Assembly (NCBI GenBank): GCA_052035325.1
Contig: JBPOHR010000011.1
Location: 8,131-72,130, forward strand
DNA from: Patescibacteria group bacterium
Lineage (GTDB): Bacteria; Patescibacteriota; Microgenomatia; UBA1400; PJMF01
DNA length: 64,000 bases
Direction: 5' to 3'
The notes below the pieces were generated by a model. It was not told where the DNA came from and did not search any database. It saw nothing but the letters and a program-made list of their open reading frames with translations. Position numbers and translations under genes: made by a program. Position 1 is the stretch's first letter. Every line of letters starts with the position of its first letter. Below, piece by piece: positions 19,380 to 28,895 of this stretch.

Positions 19380-21884
19380 CTAGTTGGTTTCCTGCCAGGT
19401 GTAGCTGGGGCGAGTCATTGGCTCAGGGAGTGTATTCACCAGATCAGGACGGAAGATAAATAGGTCAGCAGGAATGGTGTTGTTATCAGGGTCTGGCAAG
19501 ACACGCTGGAGCGATACACCAGTCCATCCTACAAAACTGCCTGCTCCAACAAATCGTTGATCTGCACTACCCCCTATGGTTCCGGTGCTGATGGTGCCAT
19601 CAGCTACGTAGATGCCCTCCAGATTCGGAGTGGCGTCGGTGCTGACAGGGTTGCCCACACTTGGGTCGATAGTAATATTCCCTTTGACGATAAATGCTAG
19701 ATACCCACCATTTGCGACGGTGATCAGTTGCGGTGTCGCTGGGGTTTCATCAGTAATGGTCAAGTTGCCATCCACAAAGATGGTTAGCGATTCACCACTC
19801 GCTACCTGCCAAGCATTTTTAATAATCAAATCACCCTGGTAATAGTACGCTTCACCACCGTTTGTTGGGGCGATGATGGGTTTTTGGGCATTGAGCGGAT
19901 CAAAGCCATCACTTGCAGGCGCATTTCCTAAACCAAACCGCGCTTTGAAGAAGGCAAAATCCTGGCGACCACTCGCTGTCCCCAAAATACGAGTTGCGGT
20001 ATTGAACACACTCGAGCCACGATCGGTCAACCGCGAGGTGTTGTACCCGTCACTTTCTTGAGTTGTATCAAGTGATGAGCCATTAGTAACGGCAATTCCC
20101 GCCGAATCAGTATCACCTGCCGTGTTGGTAGCCAACAAAAAGGGTGAGCAGCCGGGCGCACTGCAGACAGCACTTGGCGGCACGTTTGAGCCGATTCCCA
20201 GACTCGATGAAGCAGCCGCGTAGACATTGCCACCTTGGACTTGCCACCAGGCAGTGTTTAACACATCAGCAAAGAAAAAGTTATTACCACTTGAGGGCGA
20301 AGAGATGCCACTCAGGACACAGTTACCTCCTACATCCGTGCCACAGTTGCAACGATATGGGATGCCTGTCCCGGACAGTCCGGGGGTGAAGGTGATGACG
20401 TTGTTGGGATTGGTACTCCAGTAGGGCGTGTTGGGGAACGTATAGCTTGACGCACTGAGTGATGGTCCAGTGGTGCTGCTGTAGCCGCCTAAGCCGGCAA
20501 TGCTAATCATGCTACCGGTGCCAGGAGTGACGAGCGAAGCTGTTGCAGGATTGCAAGTGTTGCTGGGGTCGTAGTAGAAGTTACCCGAGACATCGCCAAT
20601 GAGTGAGACGACATGGGTGGCTGTCCAGGTGCCGTTGTCTGCGCCGCCGTAGGCGGCGCAAGTGGTGTTGATTGGTCGGACGCGGACTTCCCAAATAGTG
20701 ATACCTGCTGGGATGCCACTCCAGGTGTATGAGGTACCTGATACCGCTTGGCAAAGGGTATTTCCGCCAGTGCACTCGACTTGACCTTGCGGCGTGATGC
20801 GGATTTCGTAGGCATCAGCCAAGGTGGGTGGTGCGGTCCAAGTGAAGGCGACTTGATCGGTTGTAGGAGTCACTGTGAAAACAGTACCACTGGGTAGTGC
20901 GCCATTTGCCCGTAGGTTAGTGACTGCGACTGGTCCACCATCGTCGGTAGTGGGACAGGTGCCGGTACAGCCATCCCATTGTCCACAAGCACCTCCCGAA
21001 CAGTTAGCCGTACAATTCAAAACCGTGACTTGACGAGAGCCTTCACACTTCAAATCGCTATAGTTACCATCTTCATGAACACGAATTTTCAGAATAGAAG
21101 AGCCAGCAGTGTTGGAAGTCAGATTGGATACAAACGTTGGCCCTGTGCCAATTGAGCTGGGGTTGACAACACCCAGGTTGGCACCGTTCCAAGTGAACGT
21201 ACCGTCCCACCAATTGATTGCCCCATTTGCATAGGCTTGAACTTCTACAGTTTGTCCCAGCGGCATTGTGATTGGTCCGGTGCCAGTCGTGCTAGTAGGC
21301 TGCCACTGCACAGTACAAGCCGCTCCCCCACCTCCACACGTGCCAGGGTCCCAAAGACAGCTTCCATTAGGAGCTAAGACACATTGACTGGGAGGTCCAG
21401 GTGGACAGTTGCTACAAGAAGTGCCACAAGCACCCCAAGTTGGTGGCGGGGGTGGGCCTCCACTGCCACAACTATCAGTTACCCAGTCTGCACATGACTT
21501 AGTATTTGGCATGCAGGAGCTACAGCCAGGACAGTAGAATGTCCCAGAGGGGCAGGATGTAGTAGCACAGGTGATAGTGCTATTCTCATCAATCGTCATA
21601 CAGTGACTAACCCCATCTGGGACATCGCAAGAATCAGTGCAGTTTCTGTGAATTAATGGTAGCGGGCCAGTACAAGCTCCACCGGATAATGAACAACTTC
21701 CGCCGACAATAGTGTCAACTGGTGAGCAACACAATTCATGTGTTAATGGGCTAACAAGCTGTGATTGGCAATACTGTGCAGTATAGGGATACAAATATGT
21801 GCCACACACTTGAGCTGTTGCAGGCATGACATGAACCAATGTGAGAAAAATACAGACAACAGCAATGAGTAGTGCTTTTTTCAT
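19380..21884 (-). CDS. Large secreted Cys-rich protein (candidate pilus-associated adhesin)
   Basis: Signal peptide MKKALLIAVVCIFLTLVHVMPATAQ; about 60 Cys in CxxC/CxC arrays; PPPP tract; Gly/Thr/Ser-rich; stop overlaps start of the upstream pilin-like gene. Confidence 0.5.
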   Translation of the reverse strand: MKKALLIAVVCIFLTLVHVMPATAQVCGTYLYPYTAQYCQSQLVSPLTHELCCSPVDTIVGGSCSLSGGACTGPLPLIHRNCTDSCDVPDGVSHCMTIDENSTITCATTSCPSGTFYCPGCSSCMPNTKSCADWVTDSCGSGGPPPPPTWGACGTSCSNCPPGPPSQCVLAPNGSCLWDPGTCGGGGAACTVQWQPTSTTGTGPITMPLGQTVEVQAYANGAINWWDGTFTWNGANLGVVNPSSIGTGPTFVSNLTSNTAGSSILKIRVHEDGNYSDLKCEGSRQVTVLNCTANCSGGACGQWDGCTGTCPTTDDGGPVAVTNLRANGALPSGTVFTVTPTTDQVAFTWTAPPTLADAYEIRITPQGQVECTGGNTLCQAVSGTSYTWSGIPAGITIWEVRVRPINTTCAAYGGADNGTWTATHVVSLIGDVSGNFYYDPSNTCNPATASLVTPGTGSMISIAGLGGYSSTTGPSLSASSYTFPNTPYWSTNPNNVITFTPGLSGTGIPYRCNCGTDVGGNCVLSGISSPSSGNNFFFADVLNTAWWQVQGGNVYAAASSSLGIGSNVPPSAVCSAPGCSPFLLATNTAGDTDSAGIAVTNGSSLDTTQESDGYNTSRLTDRGSSVFNTATRILGTASGRQDFAFFKARFGLGNAPASDGFDPLNAQKPIIAPTNGGEAYYYQGDLIIKNAWQVASGESLTIFVDGNLTITDETPATPQLITVANGGYLAFIVKGNITIDPSVGNPVSTDATPNLEGIYVADGTISTGTIGGSADQRFVGAGSFVGWTGVSLQRVLPDPDNNTIPADLFIFRPDLVNTLPEPMTRPSYTWQETN

Positions 21885-22399
21885 TTTTGGTATAAAAGTT
21901 GAAGTTCGTTTATCGAGCGACTTATTGTAACCACTTCACTGCTGCCGGTAAGATCCTTTAAATCCGATTCGTTTGGAACAAACATAATCACCACCCAGTC
22001 CTTGTTTAGGTTAGTGATATCCAACAAGGGTGTCAGTTGAAAGTTAATAGTTGAAGGAATTTTGAAATCACTGATCTGCGATGTTGCCATGTATGGATTA
22101 TTGAAGTCGATTTGTCGTACTGTGATTGTTTTTTGTTTTCCTTGATACGATGAGTGAAGTCGCCAACTATTTGCCGATGTATCTTTTCTCAGTGTGCCGA
22201 CAATGTATACAAATGGATTACTTTGAAGACGATTTATTCCATAATGTATTTGAGTTTTAGTAGATGATAAAGATAGATCGATTTCAGGTGGTGTGCTTGG
22301 AATACTGAGCGGCGTATATCGTTGTCGCAACAGAAACAACCCTCCGACAAGTAAACATACTAGCGCTACAACAACTAACCAACGACGTAAATGATTCAC
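21881..22399 (-). CDS. Hypothetical membrane-anchored protein
   Basis: N-terminal TM LVVVALVCLLVGGLFLL; 4-nt overlap with downstream gene. Confidence 0.4.
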   Translation of the reverse strand: MNHLRRWLVVVALVCLLVGGLFLLRQRYTPLSIPSTPPEIDLSLSSTKTQIHYGINRLQSNPFVYIVGTLRKDTSANSWRLHSSYQGKQKTITVRQIDFNNPYMATSQISDFKIPSTINFQLTPLLDITNLNKDWVVIMFVPNESDLKDLTGSSEVVTISRSINELQLLYQK

Positions 22400-22451
22400 G
22401 ATACCAGTTTGACTGAAAAACTACTTGAAGTCAATTTTCGTCTACTTTGAG

Positions 22452-24458
22452 TTATTCGGTGTCCCCGTACCAGAGATCATTGCGAAAGTCATCTACTATT
22501 TCAGTTGGCACGAGCATTGTACTTGCTGAAACAATAAGAGTTTTTCTACTATTAGGAGCATTAGAATTTCCTACCAGAAAATCCATTGTTGTTTGGTCGT
22601 CTCCTCCAGCTGAGTACAGCGCTGAGGCAAGAGCGGCACAGTTTACACCACAATCGAAATGATCAGCTAATCCCTGGGTTAAACTATCTAAAGAAAATAT
22701 TTCTGGATATTCGTTAGACAAACCAAGTCCAAACAAAGTTCCAGGAGGCATATCTGTTTGAAGTGATTCGAATGGACGTCCTTGCATGTCAGCATGCGAT
22801 CCACCGCCATGAATGACAACAGCACTCCCTTCTTGCATTGGGAGTGAGAGTAATACCCACCCTGTCCCATCGCCGGTTGGTACTAACATGTCCAAAAAGC
22901 GTAGAGTTCCTCGAATATCTCCATTTACATATGGACGTGTGCGTATGCCCATAAACCAGCCGACTACTACTAGTCCATCTTGACCTAATATCCTCTCAGG
23001 ATTTGGAGCAATACCCGGTCGCAATCCTGTGAGCTCATTATTAAATGGTACGACAAAGTCATGACCATCAATTCTGAGCACATACCCATTTTCTGTTGAT
23101 GAGTAGCTGATATTAGAGCGAGCCAAGACTTGCTCAATTTGATCAAATGTAGAAGTCGGGTTTTCAAGGACGTTTAGTAAGCTCATTGAGCTCATCGCCT
23201 CAATATCCACAAGCGTTTCCAATACAACAGGGCTGTCTCCAGGATTCAATCCTGGCAGAACTAGCTCAGTCACATTAAGGCTTACCACTCCAAGATTAAT
23301 CCATCCCACCTGACCATTGACACTAACTCGTATCCAGTGACTTTCTGGATCATTTTCACCACCAGAAATCGTCTTCATCGTGGGGAGTCCCATGTATGTT
23401 GATGGCTCAACATTTTCAGTCCAACCCTCTGGTTCATCCGTCGGTGTTTGTGTAGGGACTGGTGTTTCTTCAGTACCAACCGAGCCTATCTCATTGTCCC
23501 CAAACCTTGGCTCAGAGCGCAGGTTAATAGTAGTATTTGGTGTAATTGTTACAGCTGGCAATAATGCTATCGGGATACCTTTTGCAATTATGGTTTTAAT
23601 ATGTACATTTGACCCATCGGTGTTGAAAGATAAAAGAATAAAATTGCCAACCGGTGGGAACTCAAAGTCTTCCAAGCTGGGGTAGGTGGTACGCAAGGTA
23701 GCTATTGTTTCATCTGTTACTTGTATAAATGTTGCTCGCTCATTCTCATTGGCAAACAAATATGAGACAATTTGTTCTCCATTTTGTCCTGTAACTGTCG
23801 TGATCAGTGAACCGGTACCGACAACAGGGCCGTCAGGTACGGTAAATGATTCCGTGCAATGCAATGCAGCTAGCACTCTGAAACCAGTGCGATCTGCGTT
23901 TGGCGTTACAAACAATCTTAACGAAAAGTTGTCCTCGGAAATATCTTCCCGGCCTTCAATGAACCTCCCCATCACTTGCAGCAAAGACTGGATTTCCCTT
24001 CCCAACTCGGAGTTTTCGTCAATTCCATACTCCCCGAAGGGATTTGTCACGGGAAGTTCAAAAGGTTCCGTACCTGGTTGTGTGGCTGAATAGGACAAAA
24101 CTTCAAAAATACCGCCAGACTCTGCAGTGATGCTGACAGGGGTATAGCCTTGAATTTCGTTAGATTCGATCTGTTTTTCAGGCGAGCGATGCTCCAAAAG
24201 CGAGTCAATCTCAGTGTTAGGAGGTGCAATGTGTGGATCTCCGGCAGGAGGATCTTCGTTATTTATTACGTCTCGCTCAGCATTGGCGGGTATTACCCGT
24301 CCAAGCAGTGCAGATAGCGCAACTGCTAAAACCACCAGACGTCTATTAAGTCCACGTCTCTCACCTGAGCGCGGAACCATATTCGGCAATTTACCACGAT
24401 CACGTACAATTGTTGTGCCTGCTGTTTCTTTTAAATTGTTCATTGTTTCGTCTACCAT
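22452..24458 (-). CDS. Large hypothetical secreted/membrane-anchored protein
   Basis: N-terminal anchor LVVLAVALSALLG; PT-rich linker; no confidently recognisable catalytic motif. Confidence 0.4.
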   Translation of the reverse strand: MVDETMNNLKETAGTTIVRDRGKLPNMVPRSGERRGLNRRLVVLAVALSALLGRVIPANAERDVINNEDPPAGDPHIAPPNTEIDSLLEHRSPEKQIESNEIQGYTPVSITAESGGIFEVLSYSATQPGTEPFELPVTNPFGEYGIDENSELGREIQSLLQVMGRFIEGREDISEDNFSLRLFVTPNADRTGFRVLAALHCTESFTVPDGPVVGTGSLITTVTGQNGEQIVSYLFANENERATFIQVTDETIATLRTTYPSLEDFEFPPVGNFILLSFNTDGSNVHIKTIIAKGIPIALLPAVTITPNTTINLRSEPRFGDNEIGSVGTEETPVPTQTPTDEPEGWTENVEPSTYMGLPTMKTISGGENDPESHWIRVSVNGQVGWINLGVVSLNVTELVLPGLNPGDSPVVLETLVDIEAMSSMSLLNVLENPTSTFDQIEQVLARSNISYSSTENGYVLRIDGHDFVVPFNNELTGLRPGIAPNPERILGQDGLVVVGWFMGIRTRPYVNGDIRGTLRFLDMLVPTGDGTGWVLLSLPMQEGSAVVIHGGGSHADMQGRPFESLQTDMPPGTLFGLGLSNEYPEIFSLDSLTQGLADHFDCGVNCAALASALYSAGGDDQTTMDFLVGNSNAPNSRKTLIVSASTMLVPTEIVDDFRNDLWYGDTE

Positions 24459-24766
24459 GACTCTTTTCTAGCACACTCTATGTGTAAAAGAAAGGTAGGT
24501 AGTCTGTTGCATTTTTTTACTACATTTTGGTGTTATAGTTATTTATTATAAGCCTAATTAAGTTTATAAAAAAAATACCCTATAGCACCTGGTAGGCGCA
24601 TTATACAAAAGGCCTAGAGAAATATAAATGTGTATTTAATGAGTATGTAAAAATTGACATGTATGTTAATTATACCTATTTCATCTAGTGGTAAAATATA
24701 CAGGCGTTGAGCTGGGATATAACCTGGGACACAACAACATGAGATAATTTATAAATAAGTGAAAAT

Positions 24767-25741
24767 ATGTTAGATGAACAGAAATCTAAAAGAATTTTTA
24801 TTGAATCTCCACTCTTAGATGTAAATCAAGTAGCTGCCTTTTTGTTTTCACTTCGACCAGAAAGGCCCCAAAGAGTGGTTGCATCACGATATGTTGCACG
24901 GGCTAAACTGACAAGTAGAGACAGACAAAACACAAAAAAAGCATATGAAAATGGTTCGGCTACGGAATTTGCTTCACTATATGAATGGGATCCTTCTGTT
25001 GTTAGGTCATCATTGATTGATAGCATAGGTCCTTTTGTCGAGGCTTTTGATGATACTAATAAAGATAAAAAAAAGTCTTGGATTTTGTTGGTTGGTTGTG
25101 GAACGGGCAGGGATTTCATGGAACTTTGGAAAAGAGGATTTAATGCTCTAGCTTTTGATATCTCTATGGCAATGATAGAAAATCTTAAAAGAATTTTGAC
25201 AAATTCATTAGTGCCACCTCATAATGTAGCGTTAATGTTGAACGAAGTTGCTCGTGACCTCAATCAGGTGGTCTTTGTTGCGGATGTAATGGACCCCTCT
25301 TGGAGGCGAAACAGCAGCGTTGCATCAGGTGAAGTTGATTTATTTGATGCTGTATTTGCTGAAACTGTTTTAGGGCATCTAGACAAGGAAGAAGTATTTG
25401 AATTTTTTGAAAGATATTCTAACAATCTGTCACAGGGTGGAATAATACGAGCAGGTTTGAGAATTTCCAAGAGTGGAAAAGTGTTTATTCTTGAAGACAG
25501 TCTTGGATCAAGAAGTTTTACAACGTGGAAATTCGAAGATCTATGGTTGACTACTCTAACGAGAAAAGGTACACAAATTACAGATTATGATCACATGGGC
25601 GAGCTGGGTGAATTACTCAAATATCTAGCAGAAATAGGTTTGAGAATTATAAAAATCTACACGAATAAACATCCATGCTCCACAGAAGAAAACCCCCGAC
25701 CAGATACATTAAATCTGATTTTACAAAAAGTAACTAGATAG
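24767..25741 (+). CDS. Class I SAM-dependent methyltransferase (AT-rich island)
   Basis: Motif I LLVGCGTGRDFMEL and post-I acidic residue ..AFDIS; the ORF is about 30-38% GC vs about 48% in flanking DNA. Confidence 0.6.
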   Translation: MLDEQKSKRIFIESPLLDVNQVAAFLFSLRPERPQRVVASRYVARAKLTSRDRQNTKKAYENGSATEFASLYEWDPSVVRSSLIDSIGPFVEAFDDTNKDKKKSWILLVGCGTGRDFMELWKRGFNALAFDISMAMIENLKRILTNSLVPPHNVALMLNEVARDLNQVVFVADVMDPSWRRNSSVASGEVDLFDAVFAETVLGHLDKEEVFEFFERYSNNLSQGGIIRAGLRISKSGKVFILEDSLGSRSFTTWKFEDLWLTTLTRKGTQITDYDHMGELGELLKYLAEIGLRIIKIYTNKHPCSTEENPRPDTLNLILQKVTR

Positions 25742-25780
25742 AATACGTCACGATTATTTTTTCTCTGATATAATATAGCA

Positions 25781-26365
25781 ATGAATATTTATTTTACTGC
25801 AGCTATTTTTCAAATGCCGACACATGGTGGCTATTACGCAAAGATAATTGAGACATTAAAAAAACAAGGCCATAACGTCGTTCACGATCATATTACCGAT
25901 TATACTCCCGATGATTTTGGATCTCTTGTAAGTCAGACAGACGAGAACAAGAAGCAATACTACTCCAAGGTATTGAAATGGATTTCCAAGGCAGACTTAG
26001 TAGTTGCAGAATTGTCATTTCCCTCAACTTTGAATGTAGGACATGAGGTAACGATGGCTCTGAGTAAGGGTAAGCCTGTAGTTGGTCTATACTTTAAAGA
26101 TCAAGAATCTTTTTTCTTTGAAGGGATTCAATCAGACAAATTTGTTTACGAATCATATACAGCTGAGACCTTAGCTGAAACACTTGAGCAAGCACTAGAA
26201 TATGCTCAGGAAATTTCAGATACCCGTTTCAATTTCTTCATCTCCCCTTCTCTCTCGCACTACCTAGACTGGGTGTCACAAACAAAAAAAATCCCCAGGT
26301 CTGTCTACCTTCGTCAACTGATTGAAGAGGACCGTGAGCAGAATAAAGCATACTTTGATGCGTAG
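25781..26365 (+). CDS. Nucleoside 2-deoxyribosyltransferase-like (NDT/DNPH1-like) protein
   Basis: MNIYFTAAIF start and ...LNVGHEVTMALSKGKPVVGLY resemble the NDT 'MKIYLAGPFF ... GTAFEIGYA.A.GKPV' core; paralog of 33398..33835. Confidence 0.5.
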   Translation: MNIYFTAAIFQMPTHGGYYAKIIETLKKQGHNVVHDHITDYTPDDFGSLVSQTDENKKQYYSKVLKWISKADLVVAELSFPSTLNVGHEVTMALSKGKPVVGLYFKDQESFFFEGIQSDKFVYESYTAETLAETLEQALEYAQEISDTRFNFFISPSLSHYLDWVSQTKKIPRSVYLRQLIEEDREQNKAYFDA

Positions 26366-26454
26366 CTAGAGCTGGTGAGCTGTCTCCCCGACACAAGAGA
26401 CCATTTTTTCCTCAAGCATTGCAGAATGTCGCCAAACCCATTACGATGGTGTAG

Positions 26455-27267
26455 ATGGCACGATCTATTGTCGCACGCGGCTGCGATCCCCAACCACTTC
26501 GTCACTCCTCAGAATCTGGCCAGATTGGTGTGGTTATTTTGTTGATTATGGTGGTTATTTTGACCATAGGTTTGTCAGTTGCCACTCGGACGACCCAAGA
26601 AACCTTTTTGACGACCCAAACAGCAGAGTCGGCGCGCGTCTTCAACGCCGCTGAAGCCGGCGCAGAAGCCGCGCTTAGCATGGATTTTGCATCACTTACC
26701 GACCAGATCACGAACGGTTCGGTCACGACTATCCCCGACACCACCGTCAATTATCAAGTACAACAACACCAGACACTCGAGACAAAAATCTTTGAAGGCG
26801 TGCCGGTGGCAGTTGATGTCACCAATGTCTCGGGAGGTCAAGGCATTGTGATCCAGTGGAGTAAGCAAGACTGCGCCAACAATCCTGCGGCCTTTTTGGC
26901 GACTATTTACTCTGAGCAAGCTGGTGTGACGAAGACTCGTTATCGGGCAATTGGCAACTGCAATCGAGGTGACAACTTCGAGCAAGCCACTTCGCTAGCT
27001 GCCACCGAACCGTACCGATTTGAGTTTACGTTGACGCTGCAGGTTGATGATCTGTATGTGCGTCTGTTACCTCTCTACAATGACACTGATTTGCGAGTGA
27101 GTGCGACAGGAGGTTGGTCACTTCCCACCCAGTTTTACACAATCCGATCTGAAGCCAGAAATGACTTAGGCAATGAGACGCGCATCATTGAAGTCAATCG
27201 CACATTGCCCACTGCGCCGGCGATTCTTGATTTTGCGCTATTTAGTGGGGGTGCAGTTGTCAAATAA
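26455..27267 (+). CDS. PilX-like type IV pilus minor component (PilX_N-like N-terminus)
   Basis: ...GQIGVVILLIMVVILTIGLSVATRTTQETF....ARVFNAAEAGAEAAL matches the PilX N-domain pattern; directly upstream of pilM. Confidence 0.5.
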   Translation: MARSIVARGCDPQPLRHSSESGQIGVVILLIMVVILTIGLSVATRTTQETFLTTQTAESARVFNAAEAGAEAALSMDFASLTDQITNGSVTTIPDTTVNYQVQQHQTLETKIFEGVPVAVDVTNVSGGQGIVIQWSKQDCANNPAAFLATIYSEQAGVTKTRYRAIGNCNRGDNFEQATSLAATEPYRFEFTLTLQVDDLYVRLLPLYNDTDLRVSATGGWSLPTQFYTIRSEARNDLGNETRIIEVNRTLPTAPAILDFALFSGGAVVK

Positions 27268-27317
27268 TTTTCTCGTAGTCTTGATGGCGTAATTCTGGTA
27301 AAGTGGATATATAGCCT

Positions 27318-28331
27318 ATGCCCATAGCTCTTGCCCTCGATATCGGTTCCTACACTATCAAAGCCATTAGTGCCAAACCAGGCGCGCGTCCCAACGTGCA
27401 GCGTGTGGTGGAGGTATTTAATCCCCTAGGCATTAGTGTGCCTGGAGACGAGGCTCAGATCGAGAAGTTGGCAGCACAGGTTCAAGCAGTCATCACCGAT
27501 AACAAGTTACCGACGATCGATGTTCGGTTGGCCCTCCCAGAAAGCGTGGTTTCAACCAAGGTTATTTCTTTACCGAGTTTGACTGATGCTGAATTAGCTT
27601 CGGCAATTGGTTGGCAAGCAGAACAACACATTCCCATCCCCCCCGAAGAGCTTTCTCTCGAGTATGAAGTGTTGTTTCGACCACCGCGCAAGGACAAAAA
27701 TACACTCATGCGAGTGTTGTTGGTTGGTGTGCGTAAATCGGTGATTGAGAAATACATGGCTGTGTTTGGTCTACTCGGTATCGAGCCGACAATTCTCGAG
27801 ACCCAGATGATGTCAATTATTCGCTCGGCGCAGTTTGCAGCGACCGATCCAGCTACTTTGATAGTTCACTTGGGAGCCGCTACCATGGATATGGCTTTGG
27901 TCAATCAGGGTCAACTTGATTTTGTCATTTCGCACTTGAGTGGTGGTCAATCTTTGACCAAACTTCTGTCACAGCAGATTGGTTTGGATGCTGCCCAGGC
28001 AGAAAGTTACAAACGGACGTATGGTCTAGAGCCTGAACAGTTCCAAGGTAAGGTGCGTGGGGTGCTTTTGCCTGCAACAACAATATTACTTAGCGAGATG
28101 CAAAAATCGGTTCGTTTTTTCTTATCGCAACATCCCGCTGAACAAGTCAAACGAATAGTACTCTCGGGTGGGACTGCTCAGTTGCCAGGCTTTGTACAGT
28201 ATATTACTCAAGAACTGGGCACGGAAGTGCTCGTGGCAGCTCCCTTTACCCCCGCAACTGGTCAATTACCGTCAGTCAATCACGCAGCTCTGACCGTGTG
28301 TATGGGTCTGTTGATGCGGGAAGGCAACTAG
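27318..28331 (+). CDS. pilM: Type IV pilus assembly protein PilM (actin-like ATPase fold)
   Basis: ALDIGSYTIKAI start, actin/FtsA-like fold length (337 aa), followed by pilN/pilO. Confidence 0.8.
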   Translation: MPIALALDIGSYTIKAISAKPGARPNVQRVVEVFNPLGISVPGDEAQIEKLAAQVQAVITDNKLPTIDVRLALPESVVSTKVISLPSLTDAELASAIGWQAEQHIPIPPEELSLEYEVLFRPPRKDKNTLMRVLLVGVRKSVIEKYMAVFGLLGIEPTILETQMMSIIRSAQFAATDPATLIVHLGAATMDMALVNQGQLDFVISHLSGGQSLTKLLSQQIGLDAAQAESYKRTYGLEPEQFQGKVRGVLLPATTILLSEMQKSVRFFLSQHPAEQVKRIVLSGGTAQLPGFVQYITQELGTEVLVAAPFTPATGQLPSVNHAALTVCMGLLMREGN

Positions 28332-28337
28332 CCGACC

Positions 28338-28892
28338 ATGCCAAGTATTAACTTTTTGCGCGAGCGTCGCCGAAAACTGACCAAACAGCAAAAGTTCGAT
28401 TTCCAGGCTTTTCGCGTAACCAGTGTGGTCTGTGTGGTGGCGGTGGTGTTGTTGGTTGCAACTGTATCGGCTCGACTCGCTTTGGCTATGATGGTAAGTC
28501 GCTCGACTCAAGAACAAAATCGGTTGATGACGAGCATCAAACAGCAGGAAACAAACGAACGTACGTATCTAGTTTTTGCGGCAAAATTGAAGGCTCTCAG
28601 TGAGCTCTTGGCTCAGCGTCAGGATAAACAGTTAGCTATTACCTACTTTTCAACAATTTTTGGTGAAGGTGTGTTGGTAAGTGACATATCCTACGATGGT
28701 GATGCAGAGACATTGACCTTTGGATTGAAAGCTGCAGACGTTTTTACCCTCGAAAAAGTACTACAAGTTCTCAAGAGCGAAGATGTAAAGCAACAATTTG
28801 AAGGAGTGAAAACTGACGCTATTTCTCGCTCAACAACTGCTGAATATCAGACTACTGTCACGATTGTTCTAAAAAAGGATTCTGACCAATAA
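28338..28892 (+). CDS. pilN: Type IV pilus assembly protein PilN
   Basis: Basic N-terminus, single TM, coiled coil; positional homolog. Confidence 0.65.
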   Translation: MPSINFLRERRRKLTKQQKFDFQAFRVTSVVCVVAVVLLVATVSARLALAMMVSRSTQEQNRLMTSIKQQETNERTYLVFAAKLKALSELLAQRQDKQLAITYFSTIFGEGVLVSDISYDGDAETLTFGLKAADVFTLEKVLQVLKSEDVKQQFEGVKTDAISRSTTAEYQTTVTIVLKKDSDQ

Positions 28893-28895
28893 ACT

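Noticed and set aside
20027-20815. Several 60-100-aa ORFs on either strand inside 19380..21884
   Set aside because: They are shadow ORFs inside the long Cys-rich secreted-protein gene, with no independent support.
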